From the NCBI GenBank assembly GCA_035308565.1, contig DATGGK010000207.1:149-64148 (forward strand): 64,000 nt of DNA, read 5' to 3'. The stretch comes from Planctomycetota bacterium. GTDB taxonomy: Bacteria > Planctomycetota > SZUA-567 > H5-PLA8. Under the pieces are notes generated by a model that was not told the origin of the DNA, did not search any database, and saw nothing but the letters and a program-made list of their open reading frames with translations. A program made the translations under genes and the position numbers. This document shows positions 25,863 through 34,985 of this stretch, piece after piece (the stretch's first letter is position 1; the number at the start of each line of letters is the position of its first letter).

Positions 25863-26819
25863 ATGAATCCTCCAGATAAAACTCCCACTGTCCGCGTTGG
25901 CCACTCGCCGGACCCCGACGATGCGTTCATGTTCTACGCGCTGACGTACCCGCAATTCGATACGGCGCCTGAAGTGTACGAGCATCACCTCATCGACATC
26001 GAAACGCTCAACCGCGACGCGGAGGCGGGCAAGTACGAAGTGACGGCGCTGAGTTTTCATGCGTATGCATATGTCGCCGATAAATACATTTTGCTGCCAC
26101 ATGGGGCGAGTTTCGGCGACAATTATGGGCCGATGATCGTAGCGAAGTCAGCGCCGGCTCATGATGGGAAATTCGAGCGCGCGCGCGAATGGCTGAACGG
26201 AAAAACGATCGCGGTGCCGGGGACGCGCACGAGCGCGTTTCTCGCCTTGCAGCTTTTCGCAGCCGGCGAACAGCAGCCGCGCCCATCGGCCAGCGACGTA
26301 GTCAGCGGGCGCGACAAGGAATTGAGCGAGCGGCCGGCTTTCAAAACAGCAGTTGTCCCGTTCGATCAAATCATCGCGCGCGTCGCGGCAGGTGAATTCG
26401 AGGGCGGACTGATTATTCATGAAGGCCAGCTCACGTATCACGAGCAAGCGAGCGGCGCGCTGAAGAAAGTCGTGGATTTGGGCGAATGGTGGCACGCGCG
26501 AACCGGTGGCCTGCCGCTGCCGCTGGGCGGAAACGGCATTCGGCGCGACCTCGGGCCGGAACGCATCAAGCGTATCAGCAAACATCTGCACGATTCGATC
26601 AAGTGGGGGCTGGAGCATCGCGACGAAGCGCTGGCGTACGCGCTGCGTTACGCGCGCGACATGGGCAAAGAGAAGGCCGACAAATTTGTCGGTATGTACG
26701 TCAACGACTACACGCTCGATTACGGCGAAAATGGCCGCGCGGCCGTGCGGCGGTTTTTGGATGAGGGACGGCGGTTGGGATTGATCACGACGGGCGTGCG
26801 GCCGGAGTGGGTGGAATAA
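25863..26819 (+). CDS. MqnA/MqnD-family (futalosine-pathway type, periplasmic-binding-protein fold) protein
   Basis: VRVGHSPDPDDAFMFYAL...DIETLNRDAEAGKYEVTALSFHAY...YGPMIV resembles 1,4-dihydroxy-6-naphthoate synthase (MqnD) sequences as I recall them. The exact subfamily is uncertain. Confidence 0.55.
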   Translation: MNPPDKTPTVRVGHSPDPDDAFMFYALTYPQFDTAPEVYEHHLIDIETLNRDAEAGKYEVTALSFHAYAYVADKYILLPHGASFGDNYGPMIVAKSAPAHDGKFERAREWLNGKTIAVPGTRTSAFLALQLFAAGEQQPRPSASDVVSGRDKELSERPAFKTAVVPFDQIIARVAAGEFEGGLIIHEGQLTYHEQASGALKKVVDLGEWWHARTGGLPLPLGGNGIRRDLGPERIKRISKHLHDSIKWGLEHRDEALAYALRYARDMGKEKADKFVGMYVNDYTLDYGENGRAAVRRFLDEGRRLGLITTGVRPEWVE

Positions 26820-26872
26820 CGGCGGTTTAAGATTCAAGATTTTTTTGATGCGGCAGATGGGGTACATTTTCA

Positions 26873-29263
26873 ATGAGCCTCATCGGAGCCGGCATTATGA
26901 AATTCAAATTCGTCGCCGCGTTGCTTTTTTTCGGAAACTTCCCGCTCATCGCCGCCGAACCGTCCGACGAAGAATTCGTCGGCCCCTTTCCAAGCTGGCT
27001 GGATGCGAAGCGCGATTTTGGTGCGGCCGGCGACGGTAAGGCGGACGATACGACTGCGCTGCAACGCGCATTTGACGAAATGCGCGAGCACAAGAAAGCG
27101 AGCGTGCTTTTTATTCCGGCGGGGACGTATCGGATTACGGAGACGATCAAGACCGCGCGCAAGGCGCACACGGACAATATGGTTTCGGTAATCGGCGAAG
27201 ATCCGGCGACGACCACCATTAAATGGGACGGGCCGGAGAAGGGGACGGTACTGCAATGGGATGCGTGGTACGCGAAGCTTTCGCGCCTGACGCTGGACGG
27301 CACGGGCAAGGCGGACGTGTGTTTGCAATATGGTCCAAAGTTTTCCACTTACAACGAAACGAGCGACATCGTGTGCAAGGACGGCAAGACGGGGATTTTG
27401 TTGGGCGGACCGGGGACGGCGGGGCAGGCGGAGAATGAAGTATTGCGCTGCCAGTTTTTGCGCTGCGAGACGGGCGTCATGACGGTGAATTGGAATTCGA
27501 TGGACATCTGGGTGTGGTACTGCCGCTTCGAAGATTGCACGCGCGGGATTCACAATGTCATGGGCAACTGGCATGCGTGGGAGAATTTGTTTTTGCGCTC
27601 AAAGAAGAGCGATGTAAGCATCAATAATCTGATGGCGTTCTCGGTGGTGAATAATACCAGCGTGGGATCGAATCGCTTTCTCGATTTTTCGAGCGGGCAC
27701 ACGTGGGGCGCGCCGACGAGCATCACGGGCAACCGCGTGCTCGACAACACGGGCGATTGGGCGATGGTGCTCGACAATGCGGGACCGTATCTGGTTGTGG
27801 ACAACACGATGCGGCTGGGCGAAAAATCGCGCGGGATTCGGATGACGTGGGCGGATCAGACTTTTGTGGGGAATGTGTATTCGAAAGAAAAAGCAGTAGA
27901 GGAGCGCGGGCGTTTTCGGCGCATTGACGAAAAAGTTGTCTCGGCGAAAGAGATTCCCGATGCGTTGCCGGCGATGCCTTCCGTGCCGCCGCATCGCGAC
28001 CGAAAAGTTTTCGATCTTCCAACGACGGCGGATGCGGCGGCGATTCAACAAGCATTGGATGAGGCCGCGAAGTTGAGCGGGCAGCGGCCGGTCGTGCATC
28101 TGCCGATGGGCGAGTACAAAATTAATCGCACGCTGGTCATCGCGAAGGGCAGCGACGTGCAGCTTGTCGGCGACGGCGCGAGCGAAGTCTCCACGCGTCT
28201 GGTATGGCGTGGCGCGGGCGATGGCGTCGTGCTGAAAATAGAAGGACCGAGCAAGGCGGCGCTGCGCGATTTTCAGATTCAGGGCGGCGGAGCGCGGGCG
28301 TTGTTGGTCGAAGATCCCGATCAGGACGGCGGGCGGATTTTTGCGGATCAGCTCAACACGAATGGGCCGGCGAATCAAAAGGCGGGGCGGACGGCGGCGC
28401 TGCGCGTGAGCGGATTTGAGCACACGCCGGTTGAATTTCGCGCGTTGCAGGGGAGTGGCAACGGCGGAGCCTGGGTGGAGGTGTTGGGCAGCGGAAATGC
28501 AGGGCAGGCCGACCTCTCACCCCCTGCTCCTCTCCCCCAAGGGGAGAGGGGAGAACAGCGGCCGTTCGTCACTGTGTTTACTGGTGCGACCGGATCGGCG
28601 GCGGGGCAGTATGACGTGAAGCAGAATGGGCGGCTGGTGGTGCGCGCAGTTTATCACGAGAAGAGCGCGGACGCGCTGAATGGATTGCATCTCACCGATA
28701 GCGGAATTCTTTCAATCGACGCGACGCGATTTTCGTACGCAACGAGCGAAAAAGCGCCGACAGTCGCCGCGGACGATTTTCGCGGGATGTTTACGCTGGG
28801 CACTTGCATGTTGATGCCAGTGGACAGCAAGGAGACGTGCCGCTTTGAATTGCGCGGCGACGGCAGCCATGCGAGCGTATTAGCATTGAACAATCAATTC
28901 TGGGTGCAGAAGCCCGGCAGCACTGCGGAAACAATCTGGCTCAACAAAGCACAGCCGCCCGCGCATGGCGGGTTGATTGGATCGAATATTAACACGAGCA
29001 ACAAGGATGCGGCGCCGAAGGGCTTCGAATTTCTTCACAACATCGGTGACAACCCGGACCCGGCGAAATCGAAATTCGGTTCGGGGCCGCTCGAGGACAA
29101 AGGCGGCGTGGACGATGCGACGATTGTGAAACACCTGGCGCCGCTGCGCTCGGCGCGGCCCTGGCTGCCCAACTCGACGCCCGCGGGGAAGACGGATTTT
29201 CGGATTCAGCGCGTGATCTGCAACGGCGGGTTTGGCGTCGTGGAGATTCGGGCGGTAAAGTGA
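26873..29263 (+). CDS. exported right-handed beta-helix protein (pectate-lyase superfamily / GH55-like N-terminal motif)
   Basis: DFGAAGDGKADDTTALQRAFDE is the Pectate_lyase_3-type signature. The signal peptide is MKFKFVAALLFFGNFPLIAA (alternative ATG 26897). The ORF contains an in-frame family B REP element. Confidence 0.65.
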   Translation: MSLIGAGIMKFKFVAALLFFGNFPLIAAEPSDEEFVGPFPSWLDAKRDFGAAGDGKADDTTALQRAFDEMREHKKASVLFIPAGTYRITETIKTARKAHTDNMVSVIGEDPATTTIKWDGPEKGTVLQWDAWYAKLSRLTLDGTGKADVCLQYGPKFSTYNETSDIVCKDGKTGILLGGPGTAGQAENEVLRCQFLRCETGVMTVNWNSMDIWVWYCRFEDCTRGIHNVMGNWHAWENLFLRSKKSDVSINNLMAFSVVNNTSVGSNRFLDFSSGHTWGAPTSITGNRVLDNTGDWAMVLDNAGPYLVVDNTMRLGEKSRGIRMTWADQTFVGNVYSKEKAVEERGRFRRIDEKVVSAKEIPDALPAMPSVPPHRDRKVFDLPTTADAAAIQQALDEAAKLSGQRPVVHLPMGEYKINRTLVIAKGSDVQLVGDGASEVSTRLVWRGAGDGVVLKIEGPSKAALRDFQIQGGGARALLVEDPDQDGGRIFADQLNTNGPANQKAGRTAALRVSGFEHTPVEFRALQGSGNGGAWVEVLGSGNAGQADLSPPAPLPQGERGEQRPFVTVFTGATGSAAGQYDVKQNGRLVVRAVYHEKSADALNGLHLTDSGILSIDATRFSYATSEKAPTVAADDFRGMFTLGTCMLMPVDSKETCRFELRGDGSHASVLALNNQFWVQKPGSTAETIWLNKAQPPAHGGLIGSNINTSNKDAAPKGFEFLHNIGDNPDPAKSKFGSGPLEDKGGVDDATIVKHLAPLRSARPWLPNSTPAGKTDFRIQRVICNGGFGVVEIRAVK
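28513..28551. repeat. REP-like element, family B, inside the beta-helix protein CDS
   Basis: cctctcaccccctgctcctctcccccaaggggagagggg is translated in frame as ...DLSPPAPLPQGERGE... Confidence 0.85.
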
Positions 29264-29478
29264 GGGTACGCGTCGCGTGGCTTTAGAGCGGATTCCGAAT
29301 TTTCGCCTGCGGCGTGGCCGCAGCGCGACACCCCCGGACAGCAGACCCCGCGATTCACTGCACACTGTAAGGGTGCCGGACGGCATCACGAGGCGTCCTT
29401 GCGCATTCGGAATACGTTCCAGGGAGGCCAATTGGCTGCGCGAGTCAAGATTCATCGCGCATGCAGGAAGAACGTGGA

Positions 29479-30693
29479 TTACTTTCGCGCGGGAATTTCC
29501 CGCCCCGCCAGCAGCGCTTCGATCTGCGCGCTCAACTCGCTCACCAAATCGTCCGTCAGTACGCCGTGAACGGCCCGAATCACGCCGGCTTTGTCGATCA
29601 AAAACATCTTCGGAATCGAATCGACTTTGAACGCCGCGAAATTTGCCTCCTTATTATGCAGCGTCGCGCTCAGCACAATCCCCTTCTTCGCCAAGAACGC
29701 GCGCACGTCGTCGGCGGCATCGCTTTCATTCATCGCGTAAAAGACCACGCCTTTGTCTTTGAATTTCTTCGCGACGGCATCGACCTTCGGCAGAATCCCG
29801 ATGCACGGCACACAGCTCATCGACCAGAAATCCAGCACCACGACATCGCGGCCTTTGTGCGCCGCAAGCGACGTGCGCGTGCCGTCGATCAATTCCAGCG
29901 CCGCTGCCGGCGCCGCTTGATTCAGCAACGGATGCGGCGGCTCGTCGGGAAGAAATCCGCTCACGCGTTTGGCTTTCGATTCTTTGTCGAATTGAAACGC
30001 GCGCGGATCGAGCTTTACGTCCGGCAGCCACTTTTTGAATTCAACCGTGAATTCGATTTTTTCATCCGCGCTTGAAATGTCCGCATGAATTTTCAGCGGC
30101 AGCGGCACAGGCCCCGCCGAAATCCACAGGTCCCATTTATTCGGCGGCACCGATAAACGCAGCCGATGTGCCTTTTCACCATTCAATTCTTCGAGCGCGA
30201 AGTACTCCGCTGACTGCGCGCCGAGAGGCACACCCGTTTGATCCCTACGCAGCAGTTCGTCGAGCAAAAATGCGTGATCCAGCGCGCCGGACACCACCCG
30301 CATCTCATCGCCCGAGAACAATTCTTCCAGCGTCGCCGGCGCTCTGAAGCGCATGTATTTCTCCGCGCCGGCCAAATAAGTGGATACCGCCATGCCGTCG
30401 CTGATCCACGCATACGTCACGTTGCCGTCGTTTTTCAACAGGATCGAAAGCAGATTCGGCCGCTGAATCGCGACATCGAAATGAGATTCGCGCTCGATGA
30501 CATTGTTGCCCTTGCGCATCACACGCAAATAATCGATTTCACACGCGGCGCTGGCGAGTGTCGAGAAAAATAAACGCGTTTGCTTTAGAATATCGAAAGC
30601 AGCCGGTTTCGGCGGAACGTTCTCGCCGCACGAGGAACGAGCTGTGAATACGAACGCCACGATCGCAGCGCCGAGCAAAAGAATGCGCTTCAA
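29479..30693 (-). CDS. TlpA/ResA-like thiol-disulfide oxidoreductase with N-terminal LolA-like/DUF2092-like domain
   Basis: The C-terminal thioredoxin fold carries VVLDFWSMSCVPCIGILPKV (CxxC). The signal peptide is MKRILLLGAAIVAFVF. Assignment of the N-terminal ~230 aa is tentative. Confidence 0.7.
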   Translation of the reverse strand: MKRILLLGAAIVAFVFTARSSCGENVPPKPAAFDILKQTRLFFSTLASAACEIDYLRVMRKGNNVIERESHFDVAIQRPNLLSILLKNDGNVTYAWISDGMAVSTYLAGAEKYMRFRAPATLEELFSGDEMRVVSGALDHAFLLDELLRRDQTGVPLGAQSAEYFALEELNGEKAHRLRLSVPPNKWDLWISAGPVPLPLKIHADISSADEKIEFTVEFKKWLPDVKLDPRAFQFDKESKAKRVSGFLPDEPPHPLLNQAAPAAALELIDGTRTSLAAHKGRDVVVLDFWSMSCVPCIGILPKVDAVAKKFKDKGVVFYAMNESDAADDVRAFLAKKGIVLSATLHNKEANFAAFKVDSIPKMFLIDKAGVIRAVHGVLTDDLVSELSAQIEALLAGREIPARK

Positions 30694-30741
30694 ACCTTAC
30701 CTCGTTCTTTCTTCTTTGCGCCTTTGCGTGAGAATCTTCGT

Positions 30742-31554
30742 TCAGCCTTTCTCCAGAAACTTCCGAATCCCTTCCGTCGGCTGTTGATCGAAAATATACT
30801 CCGGCGAACCCTGAGCCGCGATCACGCCGCCGTCCATAAACACCACGCGGTCGGCAATGTCTCGCGCAAAATCCATGTCGTGCGTGACGAGGATCATGGT
30901 CATGCCTTCCGCCGCAAGCGCGCGCACAACTTTGAACACTTCTTTCGTCAACACAGGATCGAGCGCCGACGTCGCTTCGTCGAAAAGCATCACATCCGGA
31001 TTCATCGCCAGCGCGCGCGCAATCGCTACGCGCTGCTGCTGCCCGCCGGAAAGCGTGAGCGGATCGCACGGGTGTTTTTCCCAGAGGCCGACTTTCCTGA
31101 GCATGCGTTCGGCGATTTCGCGGCACTCGCTGTCGGATTTTCCAAGAACCTGGCGCGGCCCAATCATCACATTTTTCAGCACGCTCATGTGCGGAAACAA
31201 ATTGAAACGTTGAAAAACCATCCCCACATGCCGACGCAGAATTCGAGCCTGATCGCGCTGTGCGCCGGTCGGATGCAGCCCATCGGCAAGCCCCTCGCTG
31301 ACGACTTTGCCGTTGAGCAGCACGTGCCCTTCCTGATATTGTTCGAGCAGATTCAAGCAGCGCAGAAAAGTGGATTTGCCGCAGCCATTCGGTCCCAGGA
31401 TGCACACCACTTCCGCATCACCGACGGCGAGATCGATGCCTTTGAGCACCTGCTTAGGCCCAAAGTTTTTCTTGATTCCCTGCGCTTCGATCACGGTCCC
31501 GTTGGCAATGGAAGGCGACGCGGCGGACACTGAATTAGCGGGAGCGGTCGTCAT
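30742..31554 (-). CDS. amino-acid ABC transporter ATP-binding protein (GlnQ/ArtP type)
   Basis: Walker A is GPNGCGKST, the signature motif is LSGGQQQRVAIARAL, and Walker B is MLFDEATSALD. The start lies 4 nt after the permease stop. Confidence 0.9.
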   Translation of the reverse strand: MTTAPANSVSAASPSIANGTVIEAQGIKKNFGPKQVLKGIDLAVGDAEVVCILGPNGCGKSTFLRCLNLLEQYQEGHVLLNGKVVSEGLADGLHPTGAQRDQARILRRHVGMVFQRFNLFPHMSVLKNVMIGPRQVLGKSDSECREIAERMLRKVGLWEKHPCDPLTLSGGQQQRVAIARALAMNPDVMLFDEATSALDPVLTKEVFKVVRALAAEGMTMILVTHDMDFARDIADRVVFMDGGVIAAQGSPEYIFDQQPTEGIRKFLEKG

Positions 31555-31558
31555 ATCT

Positions 31559-32185
31559 TCAATGCCCGTGAACGTTGTCGATGTGAAGTTCCGGGCCGCC
31601 GCGGACTTTCAATTTCTTCTCGACCCAGCGGCCAAATGCAAAGCAAATCAGCGATAAAATCAGGTAGATCACTGCTGCCATGACCAACATTCGCGGAACG
31701 GTGAAATGGCTGCGCCCGATCGATTGCGCTTCGTTGAGCAAATCCTCAAGTCCAATCACGCTTACGATCGAGCTGTCTTTCAGCATCGCGATCAGATCGT
31801 TGATGACCGGTGGAACCACGATGCGAAAGGCCTGCGGCAGAACCACAAATCGAAACGCTTGCGCGTCGCTCAATCCAATCGAAAGCGCTGCTTCGCGCTG
31901 GCCCTTGTCGATGGCCTGCAACCCCGCGCGGTGAATTTCCGCTTCGTACGCAGCGTAATTTCCAGCGAGGCAGATTACACCGACCGTGAATTTCTCGAGC
32001 GTAAAAAAATCGGTGTTCAGCCAGCGGCCCACTACGGGCAGCGAGAAATACACCAGAAACACTTGCACAATCAGCGGTGTGCCGCGCACAGCTTCGATGT
32101 AGATCGCTGCGGGCCACGACAACCAACGATGCCGCGACATGCGCATCAGCGCCAGAATCAATCCGACGATGAGCGCCAGCGGCAT
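31559..32185 (-). CDS. amino-acid ABC transporter permease (HisM/GlnP type); annotated start probably too short
   Basis: IEAVRGTPLIVQVFLVYFSLP and the EAA-loop region are typical of this family. The family-conserved TM1 sequence continues in frame upstream of ATG 32185 with no ATG/GTG/TTG (see findings). Confidence 0.85.
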   Translation of the reverse strand: MPLALIVGLILALMRMSRHRWLSWPAAIYIEAVRGTPLIVQVFLVYFSLPVVGRWLNTDFFTLEKFTVGVICLAGNYAAYEAEIHRAGLQAIDKGQREAALSIGLSDAQAFRFVVLPQAFRIVVPPVINDLIAMLKDSSIVSVIGLEDLLNEAQSIGRSHFTVPRMLVMAAVIYLILSLICFAFGRWVEKKLKVRGGPELHIDNVHGH

Positions 32186-32268
32186 GCTCAGCGCGGTGAG
32201 ATAAATGGTGTATCGCGACGCCGCCAGCAGTTCAGGCAGCGCCAGATCTTTGATCAGGTATTCGATGG

Positions 32269-33120
32269 CTACTTCTTCTCCTGAACTCCGATCTCTTTCT
32301 GTTTCTCATTCCAAATGTTCCACTTCTTGTCTTTGTAGATTTCGGCAAGTTCGCCGTTCTCTTTCATCAATTTGAGGATGCGGTTCACTTCCGCCAGCAG
32401 CGTCTTGTCCTCCTTGCGCACAGCCACCGCGTACTTCCCCTCGCTGAATGTTTTGGGAATATTGTAAAGCTTTGAATTGGGCCCCGCGTAGTACGCGGCG
32501 ATGATCGATTCCTGCAGCACGGCCTCCGCGCGTTTGTTCTCAAGTTCCTCGTATGGCTGCGACGAATCTTTGAACGGCACGAGAAGGCTCTTGTCAAAGC
32601 CGGCTTTGAGGAGAACGTTGTTGGCCTCCGCGCCGGTAAGCGTTGCGATTTTTTTGCCCTTCAGGTCGTCCAGAGACTTGTATTTATCCTTGTCCTCGGC
32701 TCGAATCGTGATTTGCTGCTCGTATATGTAATACGGTTCGGAGAGCCCAACGGCTTTTTCGCGCTCCTCATTAATCTCAATGCCGTTCATCACCATATCG
32801 GTGCTGTGTCTGCTGACCATGTCCTCGATGAGCGAATCCCATTCGGCTTGCGTTTGAACGGCTTTGACGCCCATGTGCTTCGCGAATTTCTCCATGATGT
32901 CCATTTCAAAACCAATCACGGTTTTGTTGTCTTTTGGATCTTTGAACACAAACGGCGCGCCGCCGCTGTAATCCGCGCCCCACTTCAGAACGCCTTCGCG
33001 CTTGATCTTCGCCAGCGTATCCTCGCCCGGCTTTGCCCCGCCGCTGTCGCCGCAGCCGACAAATACGAATCCGACAATCGCCGTAAAAAAAGCAATGCAC
33101 AGAAGACTGATTTTTTTCAT
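32269..33120 (-). CDS. amino-acid ABC transporter substrate-binding lipoprotein (SBP_bac_3)
   Basis: The ATG at 33120 gives MKKISLLCIAFFTAIVGFVFVGC, a lipobox-like signal. GVLKWGADYSGGAPFVF and IGFEMDIMEKFAKHMG are typical of polar amino-acid binding proteins. Confidence 0.85.
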   Translation of the reverse strand: MKKISLLCIAFFTAIVGFVFVGCGDSGGAKPGEDTLAKIKREGVLKWGADYSGGAPFVFKDPKDNKTVIGFEMDIMEKFAKHMGVKAVQTQAEWDSLIEDMVSRHSTDMVMNGIEINEEREKAVGLSEPYYIYEQQITIRAEDKDKYKSLDDLKGKKIATLTGAEANNVLLKAGFDKSLLVPFKDSSQPYEELENKRAEAVLQESIIAAYYAGPNSKLYNIPKTFSEGKYAVAVRKEDKTLLAEVNRILKLMKENGELAEIYKDKKWNIWNEKQKEIGVQEKK

Positions 33121-33273
33121 CTCAATTCCTTCACGAATGCGTGACGGCACTCATTGGGTTTGTTTCGAATCCAAGCAACAAAAAGGCTTCATCGGATGCG
33201 CGTATTGTGCGATAGATTTGAAAATTTGACATATGAAAAACAGAAAAATGTGCGCTCTCGCTGAATGCCGTTC

Positions 33274-33304
33274 ATTTTGAATTTTGAATTTTTTATTTTG
33301 AATT
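33274..33304. repeat. tandem word repeat (ttttgaa words) at the trpE 3' end
   Basis: attttgaattttgaattttttattttgaatt overlaps the trpE stop codon region. Confidence 0.6.
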
Positions 33305-34876
33305 GGCCAGCCGCGCTTCCGCCGCCGACAACGCCCGCAACAGCGCGCGTGCTTTGTTCAGCGTCTCCTCATACTCGTTTTGCGGGACGGAATCGGCGAC
33401 GATTCCCGCGCCGGCCTGGATGTGCGCTTTGAAGGTGCCGTCGGCTTGCGCCTGCATCACGAAGGTGCGGATCGCGATGGCGGTGTTCAAGTTTCCGAGA
33501 AAATCCATCACGCCGACGGCGCCCGCGTACGGGCCACGGCGGTCAGGCTCGACTTCGTCGATGATTTCCATTGCGCGAATCTTCGGAGCGCCGGAGACTG
33601 TTCCCGCGGGCATGCAGGCGTTGAAGACATCGAAGGCGCTCAAACCTTTGCGCATTTTTCCGGACACGTTCGAGACGATATGCATCACGTGCGAATAGTT
33701 TTCGATGATCATCTTTTCGCCGACGTTCACGCTGCCGTACTCCGCCACGCGGCCAACGTCGTTGCGGCCGAGATCGAGCAGCATGACGTGCTCGGCTCGC
33801 TCCTTCGGATCGGCGAGCAACTCCGCGGCGAGGCGCGCGTCTTCGTCCGCATCTTTCCCGCGGCGGCGCGTGCCGGCGATGGGGCGCAGCGTGATTGCGC
33901 CCTGCTCGACGCGCACCATCACTTCCGGCGAACTGCCGACGAGATGCAGCCCGCCCATGCGCAAATAGAACATGTAGGGAGAGGGATTGATCGTGCGCAG
34001 GCTGCGGTAAACTTCGAACGGGCGCGCTTGGGTCTGGCACGAGAGGCGTTGCGAAAGCACGACTTGAATGATGTCGCCGGCGGAAATGTACTGCTTCGCT
34101 TTCTCGACGGCATTGCAGAATCCGTCGCGATCGACGTTGCTCGTGAATGGCGCGATGGTGTTCGGCGGTGAGGCGGGCAATTCGTCCATCGGTTCTTCGT
34201 GCGGTTCGCGCAGGCGCGCGACCATGCGCTCGATGATCTCGCCGGCGTTGCGGTAGGCGGCTTTCAAATCGCCCGAATCGCGCGCGTCCACGTGATGCAC
34301 GATCGTCGCGATTTTCGAAACGTGATCGAACGCCAGAATCGTTTTGTAAATCGGCACGATCACTTCGGGCACGTCTTCCAATCCCGCGCGCGCGGGCGGA
34401 TGCGCCATCAAACGCGGCTCGACCAGCCGTACGACATCGTAGCCAAGGTATCCAACTGCGCCGCCGGCAAAGGGCGGAATCGGAATCGATGAATCGATTT
34501 CGGCGGCGCGGTTGTCGGCGAGAAAAGTTTCGAGCGCTTTGAGCGGGTCGCCGTCGCGGCTGACGTAGGTGCCCGTCGCGGTTTCAATCGAATAATGCGG
34601 GCGCGGAAAAACGCCGCCGCGAAAAATCACGTCGGGCTTGCTGCCGACGAAACTGTAGCGGCCGATGCGTTCGCCGCGTTCGACCGATTCAAGCAGAAAC
34701 GCGTAATCGCTCGACGGCATGCGCCGAAACGCGGCGACGGGCGTGATGCCGTCGGCGAGAAAGCTGCGCGAGACGGGAATGAGCTTCCCCGGTTGCGCGG
34801 CGGCCACTTTTAAAAACGTTTCCAGATCGGGCGTCACGACAACACTCCTCGCGTGTGCAGATCGCAGGTGCGGCAT
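33293..34876 (-). CDS. trpE: anthranilate synthase component I
   Basis: 527-aa ORF containing IAGTRRRG, LLADPKERAEHVMLLDLGRNDVGRV and GAVGVMDF..N.NTAIAIRT, the chorismate-binding signature blocks of TrpE. Confidence 0.9.
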   Translation of the reverse strand: MPHLRSAHARSVVVTPDLETFLKVAAAQPGKLIPVSRSFLADGITPVAAFRRMPSSDYAFLLESVERGERIGRYSFVGSKPDVIFRGGVFPRPHYSIETATGTYVSRDGDPLKALETFLADNRAAEIDSSIPIPPFAGGAVGYLGYDVVRLVEPRLMAHPPARAGLEDVPEVIVPIYKTILAFDHVSKIATIVHHVDARDSGDLKAAYRNAGEIIERMVARLREPHEEPMDELPASPPNTIAPFTSNVDRDGFCNAVEKAKQYISAGDIIQVVLSQRLSCQTQARPFEVYRSLRTINPSPYMFYLRMGGLHLVGSSPEVMVRVEQGAITLRPIAGTRRRGKDADEDARLAAELLADPKERAEHVMLLDLGRNDVGRVAEYGSVNVGEKMIIENYSHVMHIVSNVSGKMRKGLSAFDVFNACMPAGTVSGAPKIRAMEIIDEVEPDRRGPYAGAVGVMDFLGNLNTAIAIRTFVMQAQADGTFKAHIQAGAGIVADSVPQNEYEETLNKARALLRALSAAEARLANSK

Positions 34877-34893
34877 TATAATGGAACGCGCTC

Positions 34894-34982
34894 AAAGTCC
34901 AAGGTCCGCGGAAAATAGTCCAAGGTCAAAGGACTCTTGCTGCGGAATTCTTCGGACTTTGGACCTTGGACCTTGGACTTTT
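34894..34982. repeat. three-armed inverted repeat built of tccaaggtc words in the trpE / nucleotidyltransferase divergent spacer
   Basis: aaagtccaaggtcc (34894-34907) and agtccaaggtca (34917-34928) are both complementary to ggactttggaccttggaccttggactttt (34954-34982). Confidence 0.8.
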
Positions 34983-34985
34983 CTT

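Noticed and set aside
34719-34985. 5' extension of the nucleotidyltransferase ORF overlapping trpE. The track starts at 3373, 9104, 23619 and 7929 are similar cases.
   Set aside because: The extensions run through neighbouring genes or through hairpin/REP elements. Downstream ATGs give sensible N-termini (signal peptides or conserved starts).
34877-34985. Classical trp attenuator upstream of trpE.
   Set aside because: There is no leader peptide ORF or tandem Trp codons and no terminator T-tract. The hairpin belongs to a word-repeat class found at unrelated loci. It is kept only as a low-confidence structural finding.
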